Source of the DNA: Pseudomonadota bacterium
Lineage (GTDB): Bacteria; Bdellovibrionota_B; Oligoflexia; Oligoflexales; CAIYRB01
NCBI GenBank assembly: GCA_031416315.1
Contig: JANOTL010000105.1
Span: 1 to 56,503, forward strand
DNA: 56,503 nucleotides
Direction of reading: 5' to 3'
Positions 9,931 to 18,357 of this stretch are shown one piece after another; position 1 is the first letter of the stretch; every line of letters begins with the position of its first letter. The position numbers were made by a program, and so were the translations under genes. The notes beneath the pieces are model-generated. The model had not been told where the DNA came from. It did no database searches and saw nothing but the letters and a program-made list of their open reading frames with translations.

Positions 9931-10782
9931 ATGCTGAGCCATTTCGAAGCCTTATTGGCCTTTGCGCGTGACGGAACCATGGGACTCGCGGCCGCCCGCC
10001 TCCGGCTCACGCAGTCGGCGGTGTCGAAGCGGATCGCGGCTTTGGAGCACGAGCTCGGCGTCGAGCTCGTGGAAAAGCGCGGCCGGCGCGCGGTGCTCAC
10101 GGCGGAGGGCACGCGCCTAGTCGCGCGAGTCGCGCCACTCGTCGCCGAGCTCAACGCCGCCCTCGGCGAAGGGGCTGCGGCGCAAAGGGGCGAGCTCACG
10201 CTCGGCGGCTCCGAGTCGATTCTCGCCTCTTGGGGCGCCGGCGCGCTGCGCGCGGTCGAGACTAAGCTCGGCAACGTGCGCCTCGCCTTGCATGCGCATC
10301 GCGGCCCCGTCGTCGTCGAGCGCGTCGCCGCCGGCGAATATGCGGTCGGTCTCGTCGCCGGCGCGGTGAGCGCTAGTCAGGACCTCGAGGTGATCGAGCT
10401 CGGGGAGGAGCCTATGGTCCTGATCGGGGCGGCGCGCGCTCGAGCTGGCTTGGAGCTCATCACGATCGAAGCGCGCTCCTCTACGTGGGCCGCTTTGGAG
10501 CGCCGCTTCGCGAAGCGTGGGTTGATCGCTTCGCGGCGCGTCGAGTCGTTCTTCGTCGCGGCGCGGCTCGCCCTCGAGGGCTTCGGCCCGGCGCTCGTAC
10601 CTTTCGGCGTCGCGTTCGCGTTACGCGTGCCGCGTGCAGACGTCGGCATCGTCCCAGGGCTCGGTCGCCCGATCGTCTTGATTGCGAGACGCTCGACGCT
10701 CGCGCGGCCGCTGGTTGCCGCGTTCGTGGTCCTGCTGCGGACCGAGCTCGGCCGCCGCGCCAAAGCTTGGAAGGACGACTGA
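9931..10782 (+). CDS. LysR family transcriptional regulator
   Basis: AAARLRLTQSAVSKRIAALEHELGVEL..LTAEG HTH signature. Confidence 0.93.
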   Translation: MLSHFEALLAFARDGTMGLAAARLRLTQSAVSKRIAALEHELGVELVEKRGRRAVLTAEGTRLVARVAPLVAELNAALGEGAAAQRGELTLGGSESILASWGAGALRAVETKLGNVRLALHAHRGPVVVERVAAGEYAVGLVAGAVSASQDLEVIELGEEPMVLIGAARARAGLELITIEARSSTWAALERRFAKRGLIASRRVESFFVAARLALEGFGPALVPFGVAFALRVPRADVGIVPGLGRPIVLIARRSTLARPLVAAFVVLLRTELGRRAKAWKDD

Positions 10783-10861
10783 AAGACCGTCGATAAATGG
10801 CCATCTGCCGCCGTGCGTGCGGCGCGGAACGGCGCCAACTGGCGATTTATCGGCGGACTTT
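10782..10861. repeat. 80-bp element with 22-bp imperfect terminal inverted repeats
   Basis: aaagaccgtcgataaatggcca (10782-10803) vs tggcgatttatcggcggacttt (10840-10861), 19/22 complementary. Confidence 0.75.
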
Positions 10862-10882
10862 GACCCGCGCCTGGCGCCGCCT

Positions 10883-11362
10883 TCAGTCTTTGAGGCTGGC
10901 GACGTGCGGCGCGAGCAAGGCTGCGGCGGCCTCGAGGAAGCTCTCCTCGCGCTTGCCGAAGGCCTTCACCTTCGTGCCGTCCACGTCGATTTGCCCGAGG
11001 ATCGCCTGCGACTTCGGGTCGCGAACGAGGACGACGATCTCGCTGCGCGTCTCGAGGTTGCACGCGAGGTAATTGGTGAGCTCGCGGACGTCGTCGACGA
11101 CCTGGTTCTTGTTCTCGAGGACGGCCGTGCCGCAGACGCCGCGTCCGACCGGAATCCGCACGTGGTCCGTCTCCGGCCCGACGTAGGGGCCGAGGACGAG
11201 CTCCTCGCCCTCGAGGCGGTAGATCCCGACCCAGTGGTAGTCGTCCCGATGCTCGGCCAGGAAGCTCATGGCGGCCTGGAGGGCGGGGCGGGGCTCGGCG
11301 TGCTCGGCGAGGAGGTCGTCCAAAAGCGCCAGCTGGCGCAGATCCTCGTCGTTCGGCTTCAC
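10883..11362 (-). CDS. msrC: GAF-domain protein, free methionine-R-sulfoxide reductase-like
   Basis: WVGIY..LVLGPYVG..RIPVGRGVCGTA..YLAC..SEIVV..IDVD. Confidence 0.8.
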   Translation of the reverse strand: MKPNDEDLRQLALLDDLLAEHAEPRPALQAAMSFLAEHRDDYHWVGIYRLEGEELVLGPYVGPETDHVRIPVGRGVCGTAVLENKNQVVDDVRELTNYLACNLETRSEIVVLVRDPKSQAILGQIDVDGTKVKAFGKREESFLEAAAALLAPHVASLKD

Positions 11363-11422
11363 GCGGGTCTCCCAATGAGGTAGATCGAAGGCCTAGGCCC
11401 TGATGGGCCGGCGGAGGCCCCG

Positions 11423-12205
11423 ATGATGCCCCAATCGTTCGCGCGCGTCGAGCTGGCGACCGCATCCCTGGCGGCTTCCAGGGCTTTTTACGGCACCCTT
11501 CTGGGCTTGCGGACGAGCCCGGAGCCTCTGGCGCCGGTGGCGAGCCCGTACGAGCATCTGCTGGCCGCCGACGGTCGCGCGCTGGGCGGCGTCTACGAGC
11601 TGTCGACCGAGGCGCAGAAAAGGCGCGTCCCCTCGCACTGGTGCCCCGGTATGCGTGTCGACGCCGTGGATCCCGCAGTCGCACGCGCCGTCGAGCTCGG
11701 CGCGACCTTGGTCCAGGCGCCGTTCCGCTTGTTTCCGGGCGGGGAGACGCCCCGCGGGCGCCTCGCCCTCCTGCACGATCCGCAGGGCGCGCCCTTTCAG
11801 ATTTACGAGTACGGCGAAGGCGAGCGACCGCTCACGGTCGAGCCTGCCTGGCAGGAGCTCGCAACGCCCGACCTGGATCGCGCCGTTAACTTTTACACCG
11901 AGCTCTTCGGCTGGCGCGTCGTCGAAACGATCGTCGGCCCCTTGACCGTCGCGGTGCTAGCCTTCGGCGACGTGGCGATCGCCTCCGCCTTTGCCACGCC
12001 GAAAGCGTGGAAGCACGTGCCCGCGCACTGGCTCCCGTTCTTCAGCGTGCAGAAGCTCGCCGCCAGCATCGAGACCGCCGAGCGTCTCGGCGCGCGGCTC
12101 ATGATGCCGTCCACGCACGGACCGGTCGCCGCGCAGCACGCAGTGCTGGCGGATCCGGTCGGCGCGGCGTTCGGGCTGCGTCAGATCCCAGCGATCGACG
12201 GCTAG
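11423..12205 (+). CDS. Two-domain VOC/glyoxalase family protein
   Basis: Duplicated ELAT..FY..LFGW, HW.P, DPQGA/DPVGA motifs. Confidence 0.88.
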   Translation: MMPQSFARVELATASLAASRAFYGTLLGLRTSPEPLAPVASPYEHLLAADGRALGGVYELSTEAQKRRVPSHWCPGMRVDAVDPAVARAVELGATLVQAPFRLFPGGETPRGRLALLHDPQGAPFQIYEYGEGERPLTVEPAWQELATPDLDRAVNFYTELFGWRVVETIVGPLTVAVLAFGDVAIASAFATPKAWKHVPAHWLPFFSVQKLAASIETAERLGARLMMPSTHGPVAAQHAVLADPVGAAFGLRQIPAIDG

Positions 12206-13113
12206 AACTGCACCTTCACGCCTCCGACGAAGCCCTTCTCCGAAGTCTGGATCTCTTCGCCGTCGCGCTCCATCGTCCAAGTCTCCTGATAGCGCCCCGC
12301 CATGAGGCGCAGAAGCGAGATCTCGACGAAGCCTTGATAATCAGCGTAAGTGCCGCGCTGCGTCGCGTCGCCGGCCACCGATTGCGCGTTGCCGAACTGC
12401 AGGTAGTTGCCTTCGGCGCCCAGGAATTTGAGGAAGTAGAGCTGTAGCTCCGCTCCCGCGACGATACCGTCGAGCGCGGCATTCGTCGTGTCGCTCGAAG
12501 GCGCGGCGTTCGCTGCTGGGATTGAGTTCTCCGACTCGTACTTTCCGTACTTCAAGACGATCGAGGAGTCTTGGATGCTGCGGCCGAAAATGCGGAGGTT
12601 CCCGGTGTAGTAGCGCGTGCGCAGCTTGCGCACGTCGAGCGCGCCGAGGTCGTCCGGCACGCCCGTCGCCGCGATCGTTTCGGGCGCGAAGGCGCCGGTC
12701 TCGCGTTGATAGGCCTCAGCGCCGAGGTCGACGTTCAGCATGCGCCAACCGACCGTGCCAGAGATCAAGTTCGTGAGCCACAGCTGGGCTCTTCCGGCCG
12801 TGCTCTGCAGCCCGTCCGACTGCGAGGAGCCGCCGCTCTCATAGGTGAGGTCGCCGCGTGTCGCGCCGTAGCTGAGCATCAGCTCCGGCTGGAATCGGTC
12901 CTTCTTCGGGTCGGAGAACATCGCCAGCCAGACGTCCATCATTCGCATGCGCTCTTTGATGCGCAGCCATTCGGTCAGGGTCCAGCGCGTCGATTCGCGC
13001 TCCTCCTGAACGGTCGTGACGTAGGTGGTGACGGTCGTCGTCTTGCCCGCGCCGAAGGCGGGGGCGGCAGACGCCAAGAACATCAAACAAGCTACCGATC
13101 TCAGGTAGGCCAT
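12202..13113 (-). CDS. Putative outer-membrane beta-barrel protein
   Basis: Signal peptide, alternating beta-strand pattern, C-terminal GGVKVQF; GGAGG RBS. Confidence 0.7.
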   Translation of the reverse strand: MAYLRSVACLMFLASAAPAFGAGKTTTVTTYVTTVQEERESTRWTLTEWLRIKERMRMMDVWLAMFSDPKKDRFQPELMLSYGATRGDLTYESGGSSQSDGLQSTAGRAQLWLTNLISGTVGWRMLNVDLGAEAYQRETGAFAPETIAATGVPDDLGALDVRKLRTRYYTGNLRIFGRSIQDSSIVLKYGKYESENSIPAANAAPSSDTTNAALDGIVAGAELQLYFLKFLGAEGNYLQFGNAQSVAGDATQRGTYADYQGFVEISLLRLMAGRYQETWTMERDGEEIQTSEKGFVGGVKVQF

Positions 13114-13216
13114 GGTGTGCCCTCCCTCTCTCTTCCGAGATCGGGGCTTGGCGCGTGGCCAATGACCTATTCTTTACCGACGCAGCAAGTGCCCGCCTCG
13201 GCTACCGAAACGCGGT

Positions 13217-14635
13217 CTACTTCGCGCTGATTTTCGGCTCTTGATCGAGGTCGATCTGCTTCGTCATCATGAGGGGCTTCGCCCAGGTCGGCAGCTCGGA
13301 AAGCGCCGCACGCGCAACCTCGCGGAAGCTGGCGGCCTCCTCCGCGGGCACTGGATCGGCGGCGGGGAAGTTGATGCCCTGCGAGTCCACGTACTGGCCG
13401 TTCTCGTGGAACTCGAAGTGCAAATGCGGTCCAGTGGCGAGGCCCGTCTGTCCGACGTAGCCGATCACTTGGCCCATCTCGACCGCAGAGCCGACCCGGA
13501 CGCCGGCCGCGAAGCTCTGCATGTGCTTGTAGTTGGTCTCGTAGACCGAGTTGTGGCGAATGTTGACCATATTGCCGGAGGGGCCGCGCGGGCCGGCAAA
13601 TGTGACGGTGCCGCCGCCGACGGCCATGATCGGCGTGCCGGGCGACGCGCCGTAGTCGGTGCCGTTGTGCGGACGCGTGACCTTGAGGATCGGATGGAAG
13701 CGCGCCGCCGTGAAGCCGGAGGTGATGCGACCGAAGGCGAGCGGGCTCCGCAGGAACATGCGACGAAGGCTCGTGCCGTCCGGTTGGAAGTACTGCTCGC
13801 CGCCCGCCTCGAGGTTGTAGCGGATGGCCGAATGAAGGATGCCGACGTTCTCGTACTCGGCGGCGATGATCTCGCCGAAGCCGATGGCGCGGCCGTTGAC
13901 GAAGAGCTGCTCGACGGTGAGACGCCACCGGTCGTCGAGGTGAACCTCGCGGTTGAAATCGATCTGCCAGGCGAAGATCTCGGTCAATTTCGAGATGACC
14001 GTCGGGTCCATCCCGGCGGCGGTCGCGGAGGCCCAAAGGTTGGTGTTCACCACGCCGGCGTAAGAGGCGGCGCGGCGGACCACGACCTCTTCTTTCATTG
14101 ACGCTCGCCACGCCTCGCTCTTGTTGCCGGCCCCAGCGTCGGCGCTGGCGGCGTCGCGCTCGAGGACTAGGATCTTCGTCTCGCTGAGGCGGAGCTCGAT
14201 CATCCGCGGCAGGAGATCGCCTTCGGCCTGCCAGGTCGCCGTGACCAACGTGCCGGCGGCGATGCGGGCAATGTCTTTCACCGGCTTCGAGGCCTCGGAG
14301 ACGAGGGCCACGTCTTTGGCGCTGAGGCCCAGGCCTTGGAGGGTGCGCGAGGCGGTCGAACGGTTCGGGATGCGCGCTTCGGCGGTGCGATACGGAAGCG
14401 GGCGGTCGGCCGGCGAAGGCTTCACGTCCAGCTCGGCGTGGGTCGGCGTGCCGAGCTCTTCCTGCGGCGGGACGCTGCCGAGCGCGACCGACGGGCCGCC
14501 GCGTACGGCTTCGGTGCGGTGCGCTTCGCGGTAGCTCTTGACGAAATGGCTGGTCGTCGCCAGGACGGCGATCAGCGCAGGAACGGCGCAAATCGCCTTC
14601 CAGCTGGTCTTGCGTCGAATGGTCGGTTCTGCCAT
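13217..14635 (-). CDS. M23 peptidoglycan DD-endopeptidase (MepM-like)
   Basis: FAWQIDF, RFHPIL, HNGTDYG, ATGPHLHFE. Confidence 0.92.
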   Translation of the reverse strand: MAEPTIRRKTSWKAICAVPALIAVLATTSHFVKSYREAHRTEAVRGGPSVALGSVPPQEELGTPTHAELDVKPSPADRPLPYRTAEARIPNRSTASRTLQGLGLSAKDVALVSEASKPVKDIARIAAGTLVTATWQAEGDLLPRMIELRLSETKILVLERDAASADAGAGNKSEAWRASMKEEVVVRRAASYAGVVNTNLWASATAAGMDPTVISKLTEIFAWQIDFNREVHLDDRWRLTVEQLFVNGRAIGFGEIIAAEYENVGILHSAIRYNLEAGGEQYFQPDGTSLRRMFLRSPLAFGRITSGFTAARFHPILKVTRPHNGTDYGASPGTPIMAVGGGTVTFAGPRGPSGNMVNIRHNSVYETNYKHMQSFAAGVRVGSAVEMGQVIGYVGQTGLATGPHLHFEFHENGQYVDSQGINFPAADPVPAEEAASFREVARAALSELPTWAKPLMMTKQIDLDQEPKISAK

Positions 14636-14745
14636 CGTGCGGTGGCTCTTCTTCACAAGTTTCGTAAATCAATACCCATAGTAACCCTCGCGTCGAGTTG
14701 GACACAACGGAAAATTCTGCCCGGCAGATGAGGACCCGTGCTAAG

Positions 14746-15444
14746 ATGAAATTTCCCTTATTTTCGGTGATCGTGCCGCTCGCCCCGCAGGAATCCGCAT
14801 GGGGCCGCCTCGCCGGCGATTTGCGGGAATTGCCGCGGGGCAGCGAGATCATCTTCGCGGGTCCCGTGCCGCCTCAGGGATTGGTGGACCACGCGGAGAA
14901 CCTCGACGGGACGCGCGTGCGCCTTTCTTGGGTGCGGACAGAGCCCGGTCGCGCGACGCAGATGAATGCGGCCGCACGCGCTGCGAAGGGCACGCATCTT
15001 TGGTTTCTGCACGCTGACTCGCGACTGCCGACCGGCACCATTGCGAAGCTTTCGCGGCGCGTCGTCTCGGCGCCGGACGCTTTGCACTACTTCGATCTGC
15101 GCTTTCTCGCCGACGGGCCGCGCTGGATGCGGCTGAACGCGATCGGAACCTTCGTGCGCTCGCGCGTTCTCGGGATGCCGTTCGGGGATCAGGGATTCTG
15201 CCTCGCACGCGAGGCGTTCCTCGCGCTCGGCGGCTACGATCCCTCGGCGCCTTACGGCGAGGATCACCTCCTCGTTTGGCACGCGGCTCGGGCGCGTGTG
15301 AAACTTTCACCGGTGAGAGCAGCTCTCTATACGAGCGCGCGCAGGTACCGCGAGCGGGGTTGGGCCCGCACTACCGCGAAGCACCTCCTCCTCACGTGGA
15401 AGCAAGCCCTTCCCGAGGCCTTCGCCTTGTGGCTCAGGCGGTGA
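14746..15444 (+). CDS. GT2 glycosyltransferase, TIGR04283-like
   Basis: GRATQMNAAA, LWFLHADS, PFGDQG, GED, TSARRY. Confidence 0.88.
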   Translation: MKFPLFSVIVPLAPQESAWGRLAGDLRELPRGSEIIFAGPVPPQGLVDHAENLDGTRVRLSWVRTEPGRATQMNAAARAAKGTHLWFLHADSRLPTGTIAKLSRRVVSAPDALHYFDLRFLADGPRWMRLNAIGTFVRSRVLGMPFGDQGFCLAREAFLALGGYDPSAPYGEDHLLVWHAARARVKLSPVRAALYTSARRYRERGWARTTAKHLLLTWKQALPEAFALWLRR

Positions 15445-16112
15445 AAGTCGCCGTCGCCGCGTTCGTGAAGACGCCCGGCTTCTCGGCGGTGAAGACGCGG
15501 CTCGCCGCGGAGATCGGCCAGGAGCGGGCGGAAGAGTTTTACGGGCTCGCTTGGCGCGCGGTCTCGACCTGCTTACGTACGAGCGCGAGGACGGAGGGCG
15601 TCACGCCGATTTGGGCCGTCGCCGAAGCTCTGGCCGCGGCGCACGCGGCATGGCCGGAGTTTCTCGTCGTCTCGCAGGGGGAAGGCTCGCTCTCGGAGCG
15701 CTTGACCAAGGTCTATCGGGAACTGTTCGCGGCGCACGACGCAGTGATCTTCGTCGGCGCCGACTGTCCGCAGCTCTCGCCCGCGGACGTCGCGGCGGCG
15801 ACCGCCGCGCTGCGCGGTGGCGCGCCCTTTGCGGTGGGGCCGGCGGCGGACGGCGGCTTCTATCTTTTCGCCGGGAAATCCGCGGTCCCGCCGGGACTCT
15901 TCGAGCGCGTGCCGATGAGCGCGCCGGATACGGGGCAAAGGCTCGTCACGGAGCTGCGCCGGATTGGGCCGGTGGCGATCTTGCCGCAACGCACCGACGT
16001 CGACCTGGCCCAGGACCTTGCTGCGTGTGCCCGCGAGCTCGCGGCCTTGGCGGAGCCGTCGCCGGAGCAATTGCGCCTCGCGGCATGGATCGCGAGGGCG
16101 GTGCCGGCTTGA
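15441..16112 (+). CDS. TIGR04282/DUF2064-like GT-A (CofC-like) protein
   Basis: KTPG..VKTRLA, QGEGSL.ERL, GADCPQL, GPAADGGFYL, DVD; GTGA overlap with upstream gene. Confidence 0.88.
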   Translation: MKVAVAAFVKTPGFSAVKTRLAAEIGQERAEEFYGLAWRAVSTCLRTSARTEGVTPIWAVAEALAAAHAAWPEFLVVSQGEGSLSERLTKVYRELFAAHDAVIFVGADCPQLSPADVAAATAALRGGAPFAVGPAADGGFYLFAGKSAVPPGLFERVPMSAPDTGQRLVTELRRIGPVAILPQRTDVDLAQDLAACARELAALAEPSPEQLRLAAWIARAVPA

Positions 16113-16120
16113 GCGCTCGG

Positions 16121-16549
16121 TCAGTGCCGCGGCGCCGGCTTCAGCTTGCCGATCTGCTTCAGGTGCTTCTCGAGCGCGAGGCGCAGGTCCTTGAACCGTT
16201 TGCGCAGCTCGCCGTCGTTCGCCGGCGGCTCGCGCGGATCCGGTAGCGGCCAGTGGATCCTGCGCGCCGAAGGCGCCAGCGCTAGGCTCTTCGAGACGTC
16301 CTGCTCGCATACGACGACGACGAGGTCGAACTTTTTAAGGTCGAGCTCGGCGATCGCCTTCGACTTCTGCGCCGCGAGGTCGATGTTGAGCTCGCGCATC
16401 GCCTCGACCGCGAGAGGATGCACCCCGCCGGGCTCGAGCCCGGCGCTCGCGACGCCGACGTCCTCGCTGAACATATGGCGCGCCAGAGCTTCCGCCATCT
16501 GGCTCCGCGCGCCGTTCGCGCGACCGAGAAAGAGGATCTGCATCGTCAA
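16121..16549 (-). CDS. ArsC/LMW-PTP fold protein lacking the P-loop cysteine
   Basis: ILFLGRANGARSQMAEA, SAG, HPLAVEAMRE, HWPLPDP. Confidence 0.85.
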   Translation of the reverse strand: MTMQILFLGRANGARSQMAEALARHMFSEDVGVASAGLEPGGVHPLAVEAMRELNIDLAAQKSKAIAELDLKKFDLVVVVCEQDVSKSLALAPSARRIHWPLPDPREPPANDGELRKRFKDLRLALEKHLKQIGKLKPAPRH

Positions 16550-16576
16550 AGGCTCCTACCGATGCCCATGATCTTA

Positions 16577-17662
16577 TCAGAAGTTTAGAGCGTTGGCATC
16601 GACCGCCCAAGTGAAGTTGGCGTTCTCGTCTTCCGTCCCCGCCGAGGTCACGCCGATCACGAAGCCCGTGGCCACGTCGAGGAGCGGCGAGCCGCTCGAG
16701 CCGTGGTCGGTGTCGTTCGTCGTCGAGAAGTCGTAGGTTTTCCCCGGGCAGCCGTAGCCCGCGGCGCCGCCTTGGACGTCGCATTCGGTCAGATCCGGGG
16801 CATTGACGGCGCCGACGTCGGTGTATAGATCCTGGAAGCCGAGTGGAAAGCTCATCGACAGCACGGGCGTGAGGACCTTGACGCTCGCATGATACGGCTT
16901 CGTGTTGAGCAGCATCGGCTTCGTGCCCGCCGGCACGCCGGTCACGGCCACGCGCGCCAGATCGCGCGTCGGATGACGCTTGATCGCCGCCTCGCTCGAG
17001 CTCGTGAAGAAAGGCGTGGCCGGCTCGCCGTCGCCGTTGACGCTGTCGGCTTCGCCTTCGAGCGCCTGCATCGAGATCGACTCGAGACGGTAGCAAGGAT
17101 CTAGGCCGCACACGGCGACGTGCGCGTTCGTGCAAGCGACGCCTTCGCCGCACAGGAAGGCGCTGCCGAGCGAGCCGACTTGCGCGGGCTTGCCGTTGCA
17201 GGTCGCCGGAGGGTTGGCGACGAGGCGACAAGCAAGGCTCACGCGGAAGACGCTCGCGCGGTACGTCTGGTAGAGCGTGAGCGCGACGTTGCCGGAAGGG
17301 GCCGTGCCCGTCGCTCCGGTCGCGCCGGCTTCGCCTTGGTCGCCTCGGTCGCCCTTTTCCCCTTTGAGGTCGACCTCGCTCCAGGCGCCGCCGGTGCAGG
17401 CGAGCAGCTCTTTCGCCGTGGCGACGTAGGCGATGTGCCCTTCGCGCGCCGGCGTGCAGGGGGGCAGATCGGCCGTGGTGTCGTAGGTCATCGCCGACGA
17501 GAAGGTGGGCTCGGGCGCGCGCGCGGGCGTCTGAGCGCTGGCGTCGCCGGAGCTTTCCTGGCGGGTTTTCCCGGCGCCGGAGCGCAGGTCTTCGGCCGAG
17601 CCGCAGCCGAGGACCAGGAGGACACCGACAAAAAGGGCGGGAATCTTGCGCATGCCGGGCAT
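16577..17662 (-). CDS. Trypsin-like (S1) serine protease lipoprotein with short collagen-like repeat
   Basis: Lipobox VLGC; GEKGDRGDQGEAGATGATG; triad TNAHV, RDLA, HGSSGSP. Confidence 0.85.
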   Translation of the reverse strand: MPGMRKIPALFVGVLLVLGCGSAEDLRSGAGKTRQESSGDASAQTPARAPEPTFSSAMTYDTTADLPPCTPAREGHIAYVATAKELLACTGGAWSEVDLKGEKGDRGDQGEAGATGATGTAPSGNVALTLYQTYRASVFRVSLACRLVANPPATCNGKPAQVGSLGSAFLCGEGVACTNAHVAVCGLDPCYRLESISMQALEGEADSVNGDGEPATPFFTSSSEAAIKRHPTRDLARVAVTGVPAGTKPMLLNTKPYHASVKVLTPVLSMSFPLGFQDLYTDVGAVNAPDLTECDVQGGAAGYGCPGKTYDFSTTNDTDHGSSGSPLLDVATGFVIGVTSAGTEDENANFTWAVDANALNF

Positions 17663-17766
17663 CCTCCATTACCTTCGGGGCATCGGAGAGGGTGGGGGGG
17701 CGCCTTTAACGTCATCCGCAAATCCCGCGTTTTACCGTGTGAGTTCGAGGACTCAGGAGGACCGTC

Positions 17767-18357
17767 GTGGCGAAGACCAAGTCGATGATGCTGGCGCTCG
17801 GCACGCGCGTTCCCGATTTCGCGCTGCCCGATCTCACCGGCGAGACCGTCGGCCCGAGCGATTTCGCTGGGAAAAAGGGCCTCCTCGTCATGCTCATCTG
17901 CAACCACTGTCCCTACGTACAACTCGTCGCGGACGAGCTCGCGCGCTTGGCCGTGGACTATCAGAAGAAGGGCGTGGCCGTGGTCGGGATCAATTCCAAC
18001 GACGCCGACGCCTACCCGGCCGACGCGCCGGACCAGATGCGGCTCGAAGCGGCGCGGCGCGGCTACCGCTTCCCTTACCTCTTCGACCAATCGCAGGCGG
18101 TCGCGAAGGCCTTTCAGGCGGCCTGCACGCCCGAGTTCTACCTGTTCGATGGCAAACAGAATCTAATTTATCGAGGCCAGCTCGACGACGCCCGGCCCGG
18201 CAACGGCATTCCGCCAAGCGGCAAGGATCTGCGCGCCGCGCTCGACCTCTTGCTCGCGGGAAAATCGCAGGCGGAGGACCAGCGCCCTTCGATCGGCTGC
18301 AACGTCAAATGGCGCCCGGGCAACGAGCCGACGTACTACGGCGTGACGCGCGTTTGA
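17767..18357 (+). CDS. Thioredoxin-fold AhpC/TSA (Prx-like) protein
   Basis: ICNHCPYV, ACTPEFYLFD, YRGQLDD, PSIGCNVKW; AGGAGG RBS. Confidence 0.92.
   Translation: MAKTKSMMLALGTRVPDFALPDLTGETVGPSDFAGKKGLLVMLICNHCPYVQLVADELARLAVDYQKKGVAVVGINSNDADAYPADAPDQMRLEAARRGYRFPYLFDQSQAVAKAFQAACTPEFYLFDGKQNLIYRGQLDDARPGNGIPPSGKDLRAALDLLLAGKSQAEDQRPSIGCNVKWRPGNEPTYYGVTRV

Noticed and set aside
10883..11362. Missing first Cys in the fRMsr homolog
   Set aside because: His at this position is a common variant, and the other two Cys are present
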